A stretch of DNA of 55,170 nt from a virus (Duplodnaviria > Caudoviricetes). Location of the stretch: positions 1 to 55,170 of IMG/VR virus record IMGVR_UViG_3300025607_000090. One strand, written 5' to 3'. This document shows positions 39,628-50,399 of the stretch, piece after piece (position 1 is the first letter of the stretch; each line of letters opens with the position of its first letter). The position numbers were made by a program, and so were the translations under genes. The notes below the pieces were generated by a model. That model saw nothing but the letters and a program-made list of their open reading frames with translations, was not told the DNA's origin and ran no database searches.

Positions 39628-40038
39628 ATGGAAAACTTCACTCTGGTTAAAGCGGAGTGGTCAGAACATCGACAACGGCTGAAAGAGCCGATTGAACGTA
39701 TTGGCAAAGTAGCCGATGACCACGACCTTTTCACCAATATCGACAAAGCCTGCTCAAATGAGCAGGCTTTTTTGTTTCTATCGCCTGATGGTTTTATGGT
39801 TTTACGACCTCGCCATCAGTCCGGCGAACCTTATATTGAGATTACGGTTGCCTCCTGCCATGGCGGCAATGCCGTTATTCGCTATCAAAACTTAATAGCT
39901 GAACTTGCCCGGCGTGGTAACGCTAAATTTATCGAGTTTCTAACAGTTCGTAAGGGTTGTGAGAAAGTCGCGCCACGTCATGGTTGGATTAAGCATGGCT
40001 ACCATCAACATCTCGCCATCTGGCGATATTATCTCTAG
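39628..40038 (+). CDS. GNAT-like virion assembly protein
   Basis: Position before the ejection genes; AFLF...DGF.VL.P, F.T.RKG. Confidence 0.55.
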   Translation: MENFTLVKAEWSEHRQRLKEPIERIGKVADDHDLFTNIDKACSNEQAFLFLSPDGFMVLRPRHQSGEPYIEITVASCHGGNAVIRYQNLIAELARRGNAKFIEFLTVRKGCEKVAPRHGWIKHGYHQHLAIWRYYL

Positions 40039-40047
40039 GAATCCTAC

Positions 40048-40677
40048 ATGGGTAAATCTAGCAGCACAGTTAAAGAAACCGCTTACGAAAAAGAGCTAGC
40101 CGCAGTTTACAAGGAGCAGTGGGATTATTACGAGGCAAACATTGTTCCAGTCGAAAACCAAGTCATAGGTGAGGCTAAAGCTAGCAATGACAAGTCGGTA
40201 TATCAAGGCATTAGTGATGATGTAAATCTTGGTTATCAGCGATCGTTTGCCGAGGCAAGTGGTGGAACCGCAGAAAACCTAGCGGCCAATGGCGTAGATC
40301 CAAGTTCAGGGAAATTTAAAAGTGCGATTAGCTCGTTAGCAGACATTGAAGGTTCTGTGTCTGCTGATGCTACAGCTCGTTCTGAAGTCGCAGGGCAAGA
40401 ACGTTATATCGACAAAATGAGTAATGTCATGGCGATGGGCCAAGGTGAGGCGCAAGAGTCGGTTTCATCATTAAGCGATATTGCAGCCAAGTCACAGAGT
40501 AAAGCTTTTAACGACGCCAGCATTTCACAGCAGAATAAAAATAGCACATTAGGATCAATTGGCGCTGTCGCAGGTGCTTACGCCAGTAATTCGCTAAATA
40601 GTCCTGCAGTCACTTATAGTAATACTGGCACTGTCGGAGCTGGATTTAATGACAATAACGACTTTAGAGGCCGCTAA
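40048..40677 (+). CDS. Internal virion / ejection protein
   Basis: MGK.SS start, GVDPSSG, Gly/Ala C-terminal helix. Confidence 0.65.
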   Translation: MGKSSSTVKETAYEKELAAVYKEQWDYYEANIVPVENQVIGEAKASNDKSVYQGISDDVNLGYQRSFAEASGGTAENLAANGVDPSSGKFKSAISSLADIEGSVSADATARSEVAGQERYIDKMSNVMAMGQGEAQESVSSLSDIAAKSQSKAFNDASISQQNKNSTLGSIGAVAGAYASNSLNSPAVTYSNTGTVGAGFNDNNDFRGR

Positions 40678-40679
40678 AC

Positions 40680-41126
40680 ATGAGCTATGAAGATAGGAAC
40701 TATGGCAGCAACAAAAACGAGGTAGAAGTATCAGCGCCAAAATCGACAAGCTATCAAGACACGATGGCGCAGTTGACCCGCGATCAATGGACTGATTTTC
40801 AAACTCGCTACTTACCCGTTCAGAATGATCTTTTAGCCTTAGCAAGTAATGACACTTTGCTAACAGAGCAGTTGGGCCGTAATCAGGCCAACGTCGACAA
40901 TTCGTTTAACCTGGCTAAACAAAACGAATCTATGCGCTTGGGGCGTTACGGTCTAACTCCCGATAGCTCAGCACAAGATAATACCAACAATTCGCTATTA
41001 AAAAATCTGACTAACGCCTCGGTAAACAATGAAACACGTTCGTCCGTAGATGACTTACAAAACAAGATCATTACAGGGCAAGGTGGCGCACCTAAAACAC
41101 TTGCAGACATAGGGGGTAATGGCTAA
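40680..41126 (+). CDS. Internal virion protein
   Basis: Gln/Asn-rich helical protein in the ejection cluster. Confidence 0.6.
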   Translation: MSYEDRNYGSNKNEVEVSAPKSTSYQDTMAQLTRDQWTDFQTRYLPVQNDLLALASNDTLLTEQLGRNQANVDNSFNLAKQNESMRLGRYGLTPDSSAQDNTNNSLLKNLTNASVNNETRSSVDDLQNKIITGQGGAPKTLADIGGNG

Positions 41127-41374
41127 TGAGCTATTCAATCATGCAAATGGGTAACAGCACCAAAGCTCAATCCAAGCAGGCGCTAAACACGCTAGCAAGT
41201 ATGGAGAATAATCGCGAAATGGTTAACGATCAAAATAAACAGCAAAAGAAAAGCAATCAAATGAGCGGTGCTGCGTCTGGCGCGATGATGGGCTACATGA
41301 TGGCGGGTTCTGCAGCTGGGCCAATGGGCATGGCTGTTGGTGCTGCTGTTGGTTTGTTAGCTGGTTCACTTTAG
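41126..41374 (+). CDS. Glycine-zipper ejection protein
   Basis: GAASGAMMG...GPMGMAVGAAVGLLAG. Confidence 0.7.
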   Translation: MSYSIMQMGNSTKAQSKQALNTLASMENNREMVNDQNKQQKKSNQMSGAASGAMMGYMMAGSAAGPMGMAVGAAVGLLAGSL

Positions 41375-41383
41375 GAGAAGTAC

Positions 41384-42532
41384 ATGGGTTCAGCATTAGT
41401 ACAAGGCGCATTGCAGGGTTTTAACATGATGGAGCGGCACCAATCGCGCATAAACGGTGAGCGGCGTCTATCAGATATGGATAAGCGTAACGAACAACGC
41501 TATCAAGATGGTCAAGGGCGGCTTGCTGATATGGATAAGAGAAATGATGATCGCTACCAAGACACTCTCGAGTATCGCAATCAGACAACGGCTAACACCG
41601 CCGCCTACCGTAAACAGACCGCAGATAATACTGAAAAATATCGTGATTGGCAGATAGCGAAATCCGAAAGTGATACGCAGTGGACTAAAGATCAGAAAAT
41701 GCTTGGCACTGGGTGGGATTACTTTCGAGTCAATGGTCAAGTAGCACTAGAGCATGAAGAAATGTTTAAGCGGAATGCTGGTTATGATCCCCGTACTTTT
41801 CAAAAACCTGAAATGCGCGCAGCGGTCAAAGGGCTTGGTGAAAAAATGCAACAAGCCGTATCTAGCGGCAAAGTAAGCGAAGTAAACAACCCCGAAACCA
41901 TCAAGCTATTTGACACGGTATTTAAAGACAAGTTTTCGTCATCTATTGGCAAGTTCGATCATGTGGTTGGCGCTGAAATCAACGATGTTAGTTTTGCTGG
42001 TTTTGTACCTACCGACAGTAAGGACGGCAGTGTTTCGTTTGCGTTAAAAGTAACGTATGACAACGGAAAGAGCGAAATAAAACCCATGACTCAGGGGCGG
42101 TCAACCGACCAAGACGATCCTGTCTTGCAAATGAAGCCTGAAGAATTAGTTAACACCATTCGTAGCAAGATGATGATGGCGGATATGATTGAACGGCCGG
42201 AATACTGGGACAAGATGGGTCATGGCATTGGGAAGTCTCTTAGTAAACGCAAGACGGATGGGCAGAATCAAAAGGATAAATCACAGGCAGCTTATCGCAA
42301 ATAAAGCGCAGCCATAGAGCGTGATATGACCAATGCAATGGCAAAAATTCAAAGCGATCCAAATATTTTTAGTAAAGAAGATCGGGCAGCTGCTATTGGG
42401 CGAGTTGAATCCGTATTTGGTGAACGAAAAGCAGCATTAGCGAAAACTTATGGGCTAAAGCCAGTCACCGAGAAAAACGGCGTTAGCGATGATGAGTTGA
42501 TGGCGTTCCTAAACGAGTCAATGCCAGATTAA
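41384..42532 (+). pseudogene. Ejection protein interrupted by an in-frame TAA at 42302-42304 (ORFs 41384-42304 and 42326-42532)
   Basis: Both ORFs are in the same frame and the frame is open on both sides of the single TAA. Confidence 0.6.
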
Positions 42533-42604
42533 AACAATTAAACTCTAAATCAACAATCCCGCTGGCGAATAACCGCCAAAAAACACCTGATAAGAGAATA
42601 GCTA

Positions 42605-45600
42605 ATGACTACCAGAGCTGAATATTTAATTGAGCAAAACAACCAAGGTTTATTGACTGGACGAGAAAAGCAAATGTTCGACATCGCCGTTGAACGAGGA
42701 TTGATTAAGCCGCCACAAGTAGATACAGAAACCACAGAGTCAGAAGATAAAGGCGGCATGACGGCGGCTTTCGGTGCTGGTGTGGATAAAGTTCAGGAAC
42801 TTGGCTATCGTGCTGTCAAAGGCTTTACTGATGTTGGCGCTCCAGAAGAAGAACAAACAAACGTTGTTGGTCGCGCCATCGGACAGGGTGGGTCACTGTC
42901 TAAGTGGGCGCAAGAAGGTATCGATCGCAACATTGATGAACAAAAGGATTACGAACCAACCGTTGGATCTTATAAGGACGTAGACTCGATTAACGATGCT
43001 GGCTCTTATGTTGGTGAAATGGTTGCTGGCTCTTTGCCATATATGGCTGCTGCAGTGTCGGGTGTCGGTGCTTTTGGTATGGCTGGCGGTTTGTCAGAGG
43101 AAGCTTACGACAAACAGCCAGAAACAGAAAAGAACGCTGCTCGCGCCGTGGCGTCCGGTGCTGGTCAAATGGCGCTTGAGCGTCTTGGCATTAGAGGCTC
43201 AATGGGGCAAATTGGCAAAGACATTCTTAAAGATGGTGTATTAAAGACTGCTCAGCGCTATGGCAAGGGCGATCTTGTTGATGCAGTTAAAGATCCAAAC
43301 GTTGCCCGTCGTTTGCTTAAAGGTGCGACTTGGGAAGGCATGACGGAAACTGGCCAAGAAGCATTGGCCCAATGGGGCGCGGGTGCGTCACTTGATCAAA
43401 TTCATGGGCTAGATGAAGCATTTGTTGGAGGCTTTGTAGTTGGTGGTACTGTCCGTTCAGGAGCCGAAAGCGCTCAGCGCATTATCACTTGGCAACAAAA
43501 AGCGGGCGAAGTGGCCGAGAATGGTATTAACGCACTTGTTGAACAAGGTATACCTCAAGATCAAGCTATAGAACAGGTTCGAGCGCAAATTATTGAATCA
43601 GCGATAAAACAAGGGCAGAGTGAAGCTGTGGCAGCCGGTACCGCTGCTAGAATGATGAAAGAGCGTTATGGTATCGACCATGAAATATTTACCCCGGTAG
43701 CCAATGACGTTGCTGAGCAGCGCAGAGTTTGGGAGGAAAACCGCGATCAAAAAATGCAAGCGAACCGCCAGCGCTCTGAGCAAATGCGGGTAAAACATGA
43801 AACTCAAGATTTAGACGATGCACTTAATGGTGATTCGGCGCCAACAGTTGACGATCTTTTAGGTGATGCGGGTAACATTCAAGGCCCATTACCAAGCGAG
43901 CAAGTAGCGACTGAAATCGTAGAAGATGCTCCGTTATCCGTCAGCGAGCGTCGCGAACTAATGAATCTGCGCCTTGAGAAGCAACGAGTTGAAGGCGGTG
44001 TTGGTAGCATACAAGACAAGTTGTCTGAAAAAAGCGCGCCAACGGCAACTGATCTTATTGGCGAAGCAGGCTATGTTCAAGGTCCGGTACCGAGTGAGCA
44101 ATATGCTAATGTTCAAAACACAGTTGTTGATCCGTTTAATGGTGAGCAGTCAATAAAACCCACCGAGGAAAGCGCAGCTGTACCGCCAACGGTAGCGGAG
44201 CGCCGACAGGCATTGAATGATAAACTGGAAAAACAGCGAGTCGAGGGCGGCATTGGTGATGCTCAGCAGAAGCTTGCTGGAGACACTGCACCAACGGTTA
44301 GCTATTTACTAGGCGATGCTGGCCGCGTTAAAGATCCAGATGAAATAACTGATTACAACAATAGCGACGATAGTATATTAGCGCCGCCTGATATTCCGAT
44401 AATTAAATCAAACGAAGATAATAAAGCGCCCTCAATCGAGGGCGTTGTTGTTTCTGAAGGGGAATTACCAATAGATTTGGCAGAGAACTCTATTGGGAAG
44501 GTGGAGGCTCCGGTGCCAAGCTTAGAAACCAACAATAAAATTGATATAGCGGCGCATGAAGCTGCTACTAGCCCAACGAATGACCAGGCTGAACCAAGCC
44601 AGGCGCAAAAGGATGCTGGCAATTATAAAATGGGGCGTATAGAGCACAGCGGCTTTAAAATTGGTATAGAAAACCCACAAGGTTCAACGCGCTCGGGTCA
44701 AGACAAAGGTGGAAAGGATTGGTCTGTGACCATGAAATCACACTATGGCGACATCACTGGCACCAAAGGGGCTGATGGTGATGCGTTAGATGTGTTTGTT
44801 AAGCCATCAACTGAGCATAGCGATAAAGTATTTGTGATTGATCAAATAGAGCCAAGTAATGGCAAGTTTGATGAACATAAGATCATGATGGGCTATGACT
44901 CTAAAAAAGAAGCTCAAGAGGCATATTTAGCTAACTACGGTAAGGACTGGCAAGGTATTGGTAACATTACCGAGTCACCGATCAGTGAGTTTAAAGATTG
45001 GGTTAAAAACGGCGAAACGACAAAACCATTTACGGTCACGCCTCAGCCAGGCTCTAATCAGGCTAAAATCGATAATTTGTCCAGTAGCTTAGAAACCAAG
45101 CAAGCTGACAACAGCGTAGTATCCTATAAAAGGGAAGTCGCCAGCACTGTCATTCGCACAGGTAATAAACCCATCAAAGGCATTAGCCTTGTCGAGGCCA
45201 AAACCATTGCTAAAGAGTTTATGGATGAATACAACGGAAATATCAAACTAGCTCCCATTGTTATAAAGAATCAAGAGGATATTTATGGATCAGAGGGAAC
45301 TGCAGAAAAATTCGGAGTGCTCAAAGGTGCGTACCATGGCGAACAAGGCGTATTTACCCTTACCGCGAGTAATCTGTCAAATAGGGCTGACGCGCGAGAA
45401 ACGCTACGGCATGAAATACTCGGTCACTACGGTTTGGACACGTTTAAAAAAGCAGATAAACAGGCTGTTATCGACAAAATAATTGCATCAGAGAATGAGC
45501 CAAACCTAAAAGTCATTTGGGGTAAAATTAAAGCCGATAGCCACTACAAAACATTAACACCTGAACTTCAAGCCGAAGAAGTGTTTGCGCACATAATAGA

Positions 45601-48565
45601 AAATCATCGCAATGGCTTTCAGCGCATTTATGATCGAATCATTGCATGGTTAAAGCAAGCAATGCGTAAGGCAGGGTTAAATAAGTACCCATCATCAGTT
45701 AGCGAACTTCACCGCCTAGCTGAAACTATTTCCAAGCAGATTAAACAGGGCAAGCAAGGTCGAGCTCAGTCGTTAGGATCTAGTAGTAAAACCCCTGAGC
45801 AAAAAAAAGAATCGACCATGTTGCGCAGGGCTACCGAAAATTCATCAATAGCAGACGAAGAAAAATATTCTAAAGATTACTTTATTCGCCGCGTTCAAGA
45901 CAAATTCCAGCGTCTACTTGTTATCCAGCGTTCTTTAGCCGTCAACGAAGATAACGACGCTTACATGGCAGAGGAGGCCTTTCACGGAAAAGTAAGTGAG
46001 GATTTGCGAAAACTAGAGCTCGAGCGTACAGATAAGATAGCTAACACCATGGCTAAGCATCAATTATCACAAGATGAAGTTGATTTATACTTAATTGCAA
46101 AGCACGCCAAAGAGCGTAATGCTTATATCGATACCATCAATCCAGAACTAAAAGGCGAAGGCTCAGGCATGAGCAATGAGCAGGCGCAATCGATTTTAGA
46201 TAAGGCCATTTTTGAAGAAAAATACCCCGCACTAGAAGCTGTCTCGGATTTGGTTTATTCGATGCTTAAGCAAAACCGAAAAATGATGGTTGAGTTTGGC
46301 CTTGAAGCGCAGGATGCGATCGATAACTGGCAATCTCAATATAAGTTTTATGTACCGCTAAAAGGTTACGCTAAAGATGAAGAAACCCACGCTAAGGATG
46401 ACAACGGTAAACAAGTAACACGCTATGGTGCTGGCAAGGGCTTTAACATTAAAGGTCGCGAAACCATAAAGGCGATGGGGCGTCGTTCTTTAGCTGAATC
46501 GCCGTTGCTTCATTCCATCCAAGATACGACTCAAGCGATTATTCGCGCACGTAAGAATGAGGTTGGTAATACTTTCCTAAAATTAGTAAACGACAACCCA
46601 GATAGCGATTTATGGGAAGTGTTTACCGCCCAAAAGCCAGACATAACGCGTGGCGAAATAACTAAGGACGGTAAAGCAACAATCGGTCCGGTCAAGATGA
46701 CAGCAATGGCCATGAAAAACAGTGATGATTATTTCAAGGTTAAAGTTGATGGAGTGGAGAGTTACATCAAAATTAAAGATGTTGTGCTCAAAGATACTAT
46801 GGCCAACTTAGGTGTTGACGAAATGGGAGCCTTTGTTAGGAATATTGGAAAGGTTACACGAACACTAAGCGCTTTAGTTACAACTTGGAACCCTGAATTC
46901 ATGCTGACTAACTTTACGCGCGACGTTCAAGCGGCGGTTGCTAATGTATTAGCTGAAACTCAAGTCGCCGATGGCAAGGCACTTAATACTGAAAATCTGG
47001 CGCGCAAGATGGTTGGATCCATGCCTAAGGCGATGGTGGTTTTACGCCAGGGATTCAGAAACAACAAGTTTGATGGCAGCGGTAAGTTTAATGATCCTAA
47101 ATGGAGTAATTACCTAAAAGAATTCCTCGAGTCTGGCGCTAAAACTGGCTGGGTTAATCAAAAAGACGTTAAGGAATTGGCCAGCGAACTCAAAAGCTCA
47201 ATATCGCGCGCGAGCAAGACTAAGGCTGGTAAGGTTCGGCGCCTTGGTAAAAACGTCGCAGATTTTGTTAGTGACTATAATGATATCGTTGAAAACTCGG
47301 CACGTTTTAGTGTTTATTACCACGCCAGAGAGCAGGGTATAAGTGTAAAGCAAGCCAGTAGCTTAGCCAAAAACTTAACGATTAACTTTAATCGTAAAGG
47401 TGAAATGGGCGCTACGATGAATGCCCTATACATGTTCTCGAATGCCAGCGTTCAAGGTACGGCTAATATGTTACGCGCACTGGGTACCCCAAAAGACAGA
47501 TCTAAGTCGATGTGGGATCCTAAATTCTACAATTTATCGCAAAAATTGGCCGTGGGTTCGATTTTTGGCACGATTGCCATGGCACAAGTCATGCGAGAAA
47601 TGGGCGGTGATGATGAAGATGGCATTGCATTTTACGATAAGGTACCCGATTACGTTAAGGCAACCAATTACGTGATTATGACAGGTGGTAAGGATTACAT
47701 AGCGATACCAATGCCCTATGGCTATAATTTTTTGGCAGGCTTGGGTCATTCTTTAGATGGTTTAATTCAAGGCGAGTCAGTGGGAAGGCAAGCGACCAAA
47801 ATAGCATTGTCGGCGGTTGGTACCTTTTCTCCACTAGGTATTACAGAATCTGAAAATACGGCAGTATCAATGGTTAAAATGGCGGCTCCGACCGTTATAA
47901 AACCATTCGTTGAAATGGCCGTAGACGAGAAGTTTACCGGCGGGAATATCTACCCTGATCAGCGTGGCTACAATGTTAAAAAAGCCGATGCCAATCGTGG
48001 GGGTAAGCATACTTGGGAGTGGTCTAAAAACTTTACTTCTTGGCTAAATGAAGCCAGCGGTGGTACTGAATATAAAAGCGGAGGCATGGATATTGCGCCT
48101 CAGTCTATTGATCACATGGTTAAGTTTATGGGGGGAGGTGTATTACAGTTCGGGTTGCGCTGGCAGAACTTAGCTGCCAAGGCTATGGCAGGGAAAGAAA
48201 TTGAATCCCGAGACATTCCTTTTTGGCGGCGCTTCCATAAGCAGTTAAATCCTAAGCAAACGATTGGCGAATTCTATGATGTTAAAGAAAGTTTAGCGGC
48301 TTACAAAGCTGATTTAAATTACATGCGCGGTGCTGACCGGGCTAATTATCTATCAAAGTACAGAAATCATCTGATGTTAAATAATTACGCTTCTGGTATC
48401 GATAAGCAATTACGCGCACTTAATAAGCGAAAGCGGGGCATTGAAGCTAGCCGTTTATCAGATAATGAAAAAGAGATAAGCTTGCAGCGTATTGAAGATC
48501 TAAAAATTGACCACACTATGCGCTTCGCCAAGAAACGCCATCAGTTGGGAGTTAAGTATCTTTGA
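42605..48565 (+). CDS. Large polyvalent / ejection protein (inorganic pyrophosphatase-like, zincin HExxxH, LPD38-like C-terminus)
   Basis: GNYKMG...IENP.GS.RSG...HYG...GADGD.LDVF...FDEHK; LRHEILGHYG..AEE; VPDY.K..N....IPMPYG. Confidence 0.85.
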   Translation: MTTRAEYLIEQNNQGLLTGREKQMFDIAVERGLIKPPQVDTETTESEDKGGMTAAFGAGVDKVQELGYRAVKGFTDVGAPEEEQTNVVGRAIGQGGSLSKWAQEGIDRNIDEQKDYEPTVGSYKDVDSINDAGSYVGEMVAGSLPYMAAAVSGVGAFGMAGGLSEEAYDKQPETEKNAARAVASGAGQMALERLGIRGSMGQIGKDILKDGVLKTAQRYGKGDLVDAVKDPNVARRLLKGATWEGMTETGQEALAQWGAGASLDQIHGLDEAFVGGFVVGGTVRSGAESAQRIITWQQKAGEVAENGINALVEQGIPQDQAIEQVRAQIIESAIKQGQSEAVAAGTAARMMKERYGIDHEIFTPVANDVAEQRRVWEENRDQKMQANRQRSEQMRVKHETQDLDDALNGDSAPTVDDLLGDAGNIQGPLPSEQVATEIVEDAPLSVSERRELMNLRLEKQRVEGGVGSIQDKLSEKSAPTATDLIGEAGYVQGPVPSEQYANVQNTVVDPFNGEQSIKPTEESAAVPPTVAERRQALNDKLEKQRVEGGIGDAQQKLAGDTAPTVSYLLGDAGRVKDPDEITDYNNSDDSILAPPDIPIIKSNEDNKAPSIEGVVVSEGELPIDLAENSIGKVEAPVPSLETNNKIDIAAHEAATSPTNDQAEPSQAQKDAGNYKMGRIEHSGFKIGIENPQGSTRSGQDKGGKDWSVTMKSHYGDITGTKGADGDALDVFVKPSTEHSDKVFVIDQIEPSNGKFDEHKIMMGYDSKKEAQEAYLANYGKDWQGIGNITESPISEFKDWVKNGETTKPFTVTPQPGSNQAKIDNLSSSLETKQADNSVVSYKREVASTVIRTGNKPIKGISLVEAKTIAKEFMDEYNGNIKLAPIVIKNQEDIYGSEGTAEKFGVLKGAYHGEQGVFTLTASNLSNRADARETLRHEILGHYGLDTFKKADKQAVIDKIIASENEPNLKVIWGKIKADSHYKTLTPELQAEEVFAHIIENHRNGFQRIYDRIIAWLKQAMRKAGLNKYPSSVSELHRLAETISKQIKQGKQGRAQSLGSSSKTPEQKKESTMLRRATENSSIADEEKYSKDYFIRRVQDKFQRLLVIQRSLAVNEDNDAYMAEEAFHGKVSEDLRKLELERTDKIANTMAKHQLSQDEVDLYLIAKHAKERNAYIDTINPELKGEGSGMSNEQAQSILDKAIFEEKYPALEAVSDLVYSMLKQNRKMMVEFGLEAQDAIDNWQSQYKFYVPLKGYAKDEETHAKDDNGKQVTRYGAGKGFNIKGRETIKAMGRRSLAESPLLHSIQDTTQAIIRARKNEVGNTFLKLVNDNPDSDLWEVFTAQKPDITRGEITKDGKATIGPVKMTAMAMKNSDDYFKVKVDGVESYIKIKDVVLKDTMANLGVDEMGAFVRNIGKVTRTLSALVTTWNPEFMLTNFTRDVQAAVANVLAETQVADGKALNTENLARKMVGSMPKAMVVLRQGFRNNKFDGSGKFNDPKWSNYLKEFLESGAKTGWVNQKDVKELASELKSSISRASKTKAGKVRRLGKNVADFVSDYNDIVENSARFSVYYHAREQGISVKQASSLAKNLTINFNRKGEMGATMNALYMFSNASVQGTANMLRALGTPKDRSKSMWDPKFYNLSQKLAVGSIFGTIAMAQVMREMGGDDEDGIAFYDKVPDYVKATNYVIMTGGKDYIAIPMPYGYNFLAGLGHSLDGLIQGESVGRQATKIALSAVGTFSPLGITESENTAVSMVKMAAPTVIKPFVEMAVDEKFTGGNIYPDQRGYNVKKADANRGGKHTWEWSKNFTSWLNEASGGTEYKSGGMDIAPQSIDHMVKFMGGGVLQFGLRWQNLAAKAMAGKEIESRDIPFWRRFHKQLNPKQTIGEFYDVKESLAAYKADLNYMRGADRANYLSKYRNHLMLNNYASGIDKQLRALNKRKRGIEASRLSDNEKEISLQRIEDLKIDHTMRFAKKRHQLGVKYL

Positions 48566-48625
48566 TGGAGTTACAATTAAATTGTTTGGAGAAAGCAAGC
48601 TGCCGTTAAAGGGATTAAGCAAAGA

Positions 48626-48946
48626 TTAATTTGTTAGTTTTTGTTTACTCATAAGTTTTTTGATAAGAAATATTGGCGAGTAAAAAACGTATAGAGCAAT
48701 CAGTCCGCTAAATATAAACCATGGAATTTCTATTACGTACACTATATTGCCAGCAAAGCCTGAGTTGAATATGTAGCAGCTTGCTATAAAGCTGCTAGAT
48801 AAGGTGTAAAGAAAAATACGCTTTTCAGGGTTGTTTATCACCCTATTGATTAGCCAGCCAAACAGGATATAAGTGAGCAACATTACTATTACGCGCAAAA
48901 GCGCCTTAGAGCTGACATAAACAATTTTAGTCTTTTCCCTATTCAT
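48626..48946 (-). CDS. Three-TM membrane protein (moron, possible superinfection exclusion)
   Basis: Hydrophobic, AT-rich, convergent with the ejection gene. Confidence 0.55.
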   Translation of the reverse strand: MNREKTKIVYVSSKALLRVIVMLLTYILFGWLINRVINNPEKRIFLYTLSSSFIASCYIFNSGFAGNIVYVIEIPWFIFSGLIALYVFYSPIFLIKKLMSKQKLTN

Positions 48947-49118
48947 CGTACTTTTTCTAATACTAAACTGATATCAAAGCAACCAGAAAATGCATGTTGT
49001 AAGTGAGCCACCAAGATACAACACCAAAATTAGAATATTCTATTTATTTAACACATTGTTTGTTATAGATTATTAGTATAATCTAGTATGAATTATGAAA
49101 TGTCGGATCTCGGGGTTA

Positions 49119-49149
49119 TCGAGCAATTCGACTAATATACTGTTATACG
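49119..49149 (+). other. attI-like cassette entry site (right array, first)
   Basis: GAGCA-N16-GTT; GACTAAT-ATACT-GTTATAC simple-site layout; TATAAT at 49077 upstream. Confidence 0.6.
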
Positions 49150-49162
49150 TTTTAGGGGCTAT

Positions 49163-49582
49163 ATGATTTCAATATCTCAGAAAATAAGAACATTGTTTGA
49201 ATTAGGCGGGGAGAAAATTGATCTTCCTTACTTTTCTGGGTTTCCAAGAAATGCGTGTGAGGGAGCATCACTATTTCTTGGCGCTACTCTAAAAGAAATA
49301 TTTCCAATGTCTCATATAGAGTATCTGAAAGGATATGATGAAAACGGGGCTATTCATTTTTGGCTAGAAGTTGACGCTAAGGTTTTCGATATCACAGCGG
49401 ATCAGTTTCCTGAAATACCAGAACCACTTTTTGGAGTTGCTCATCAACCTTTAGCTGAAATTTATCGTGATATTGAAAGGAAAGAAATAACTGATGCGCT
49501 CAGAGAATCTGATGTGACAACAGAAACATATAAACATTCGCTAATGATGGACATTAGGCATTATTTAAGCATAAACGTATAA
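49163..49582 (+). CDS. Cys-His-Asp (transglutaminase/papain-like) protein (cassette cargo)
   Basis: FPRNAC, HFWLE and DITADQF motifs. Confidence 0.75.
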   Translation: MISISQKIRTLFELGGEKIDLPYFSGFPRNACEGASLFLGATLKEIFPMSHIEYLKGYDENGAIHFWLEVDAKVFDITADQFPEIPEPLFGVAHQPLAEIYRDIERKEITDALRESDVTTETYKHSLMMDIRHYLSINV

Positions 49583-49623
49583 ACAAAAACCTCAATCGTA
49601 CGGCTTTTAGGTTGGTGTTAGGT
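49577..49623 (+). repeat. attC-like site 1 (very short)
   Basis: GTATAAAC-AAA-AACCTCAA...ACGGCT..TTAGGTT-GGT-GTTAGGT; stop codon inside R''. Confidence 0.75.
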
Positions 49624-49657
49624 TATTACCAGATTAATTCACTTTAAGGGGAAATAC

Positions 49658-50116
49658 ATGAGTTGGACTTTTGAGAGCATAAAAACATCACTCGAAGAAA
49701 TGACGTTTGAACTAGATGATGAGAAAAGTTGTTCTAATGGAAGAGTAGTTAAGAGTAATTATTTGCCGCTTTCTAAAGATGTAAATGAAGTTAATACCGT
49801 CGCATCATACATTTATGGCGAAGACAACGTTAATGCTGATTTGATACAGCTTTCAGCTAGTAAAGGGAATAAAAATGATTTAAGTGAAACTGAATTAAAT
49901 TTTTATGCGCTTGTAAAAAAAATAACCTCACTTTTTGCTGATACAGATTTTAATCTTCCTGACATATTTAATTTGGGTTCTGAAGATTTCTTAGTCGGTA
50001 ATTACACATTACGAGTTGATAATGAAGAAAACCAATGTAATGCTTTTATCGCACTGTCGAGTTCTTTTGAGCAGGCAATGGATGTTCGTTCAAGACACTT
50101 ATATTCCGCAGAGTAA
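49658..50116 (+). CDS. Acidic hypothetical protein (cassette cargo)
   Basis: AGGGG RBS; bounded by GTTAGGTTATT and AATAACCTAGC. Confidence 0.75.
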   Translation: MSWTFESIKTSLEEMTFELDDEKSCSNGRVVKSNYLPLSKDVNEVNTVASYIYGEDNVNADLIQLSASKGNKNDLSETELNFYALVKKITSLFADTDFNLPDIFNLGSEDFLVGNYTLRVDNEENQCNAFIALSSSFEQAMDVRSRHLYSAE

Positions 50117-50119
50117 ATA

Positions 50120-50221
50120 ACCTAGCAAGAACCTAAACCAGACGGCTAGAACTATCACACTTTTAGCAACAAAGACGCAAAAAACTGCGCCAGCACGTCG
50201 CAGGTTAGGTTGGCGTTGCGG
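50120..50221 (+). repeat. attC-like site 2
   Basis: Near-copy of 50994-51094; AACCT/AGGTT stem; GACGCAAAAAACTGCGCCA shared. Confidence 0.85.
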
Positions 50222-50399
50222 CTGGATAATTTATAGTTTTGTTTAAAACAGGTAAAAAACGAGCTCCTGTAACGCAAAATAAGCGACGCACTCAGTGTGG
50301 GTAATACATTTTATACCCTTATTTTGACGTGTTTTTGTAATTTTTTATAAATTCTACAGCCTTATAGTTAGCTGCCAATGTTTCAGCAGTTCACTACTA

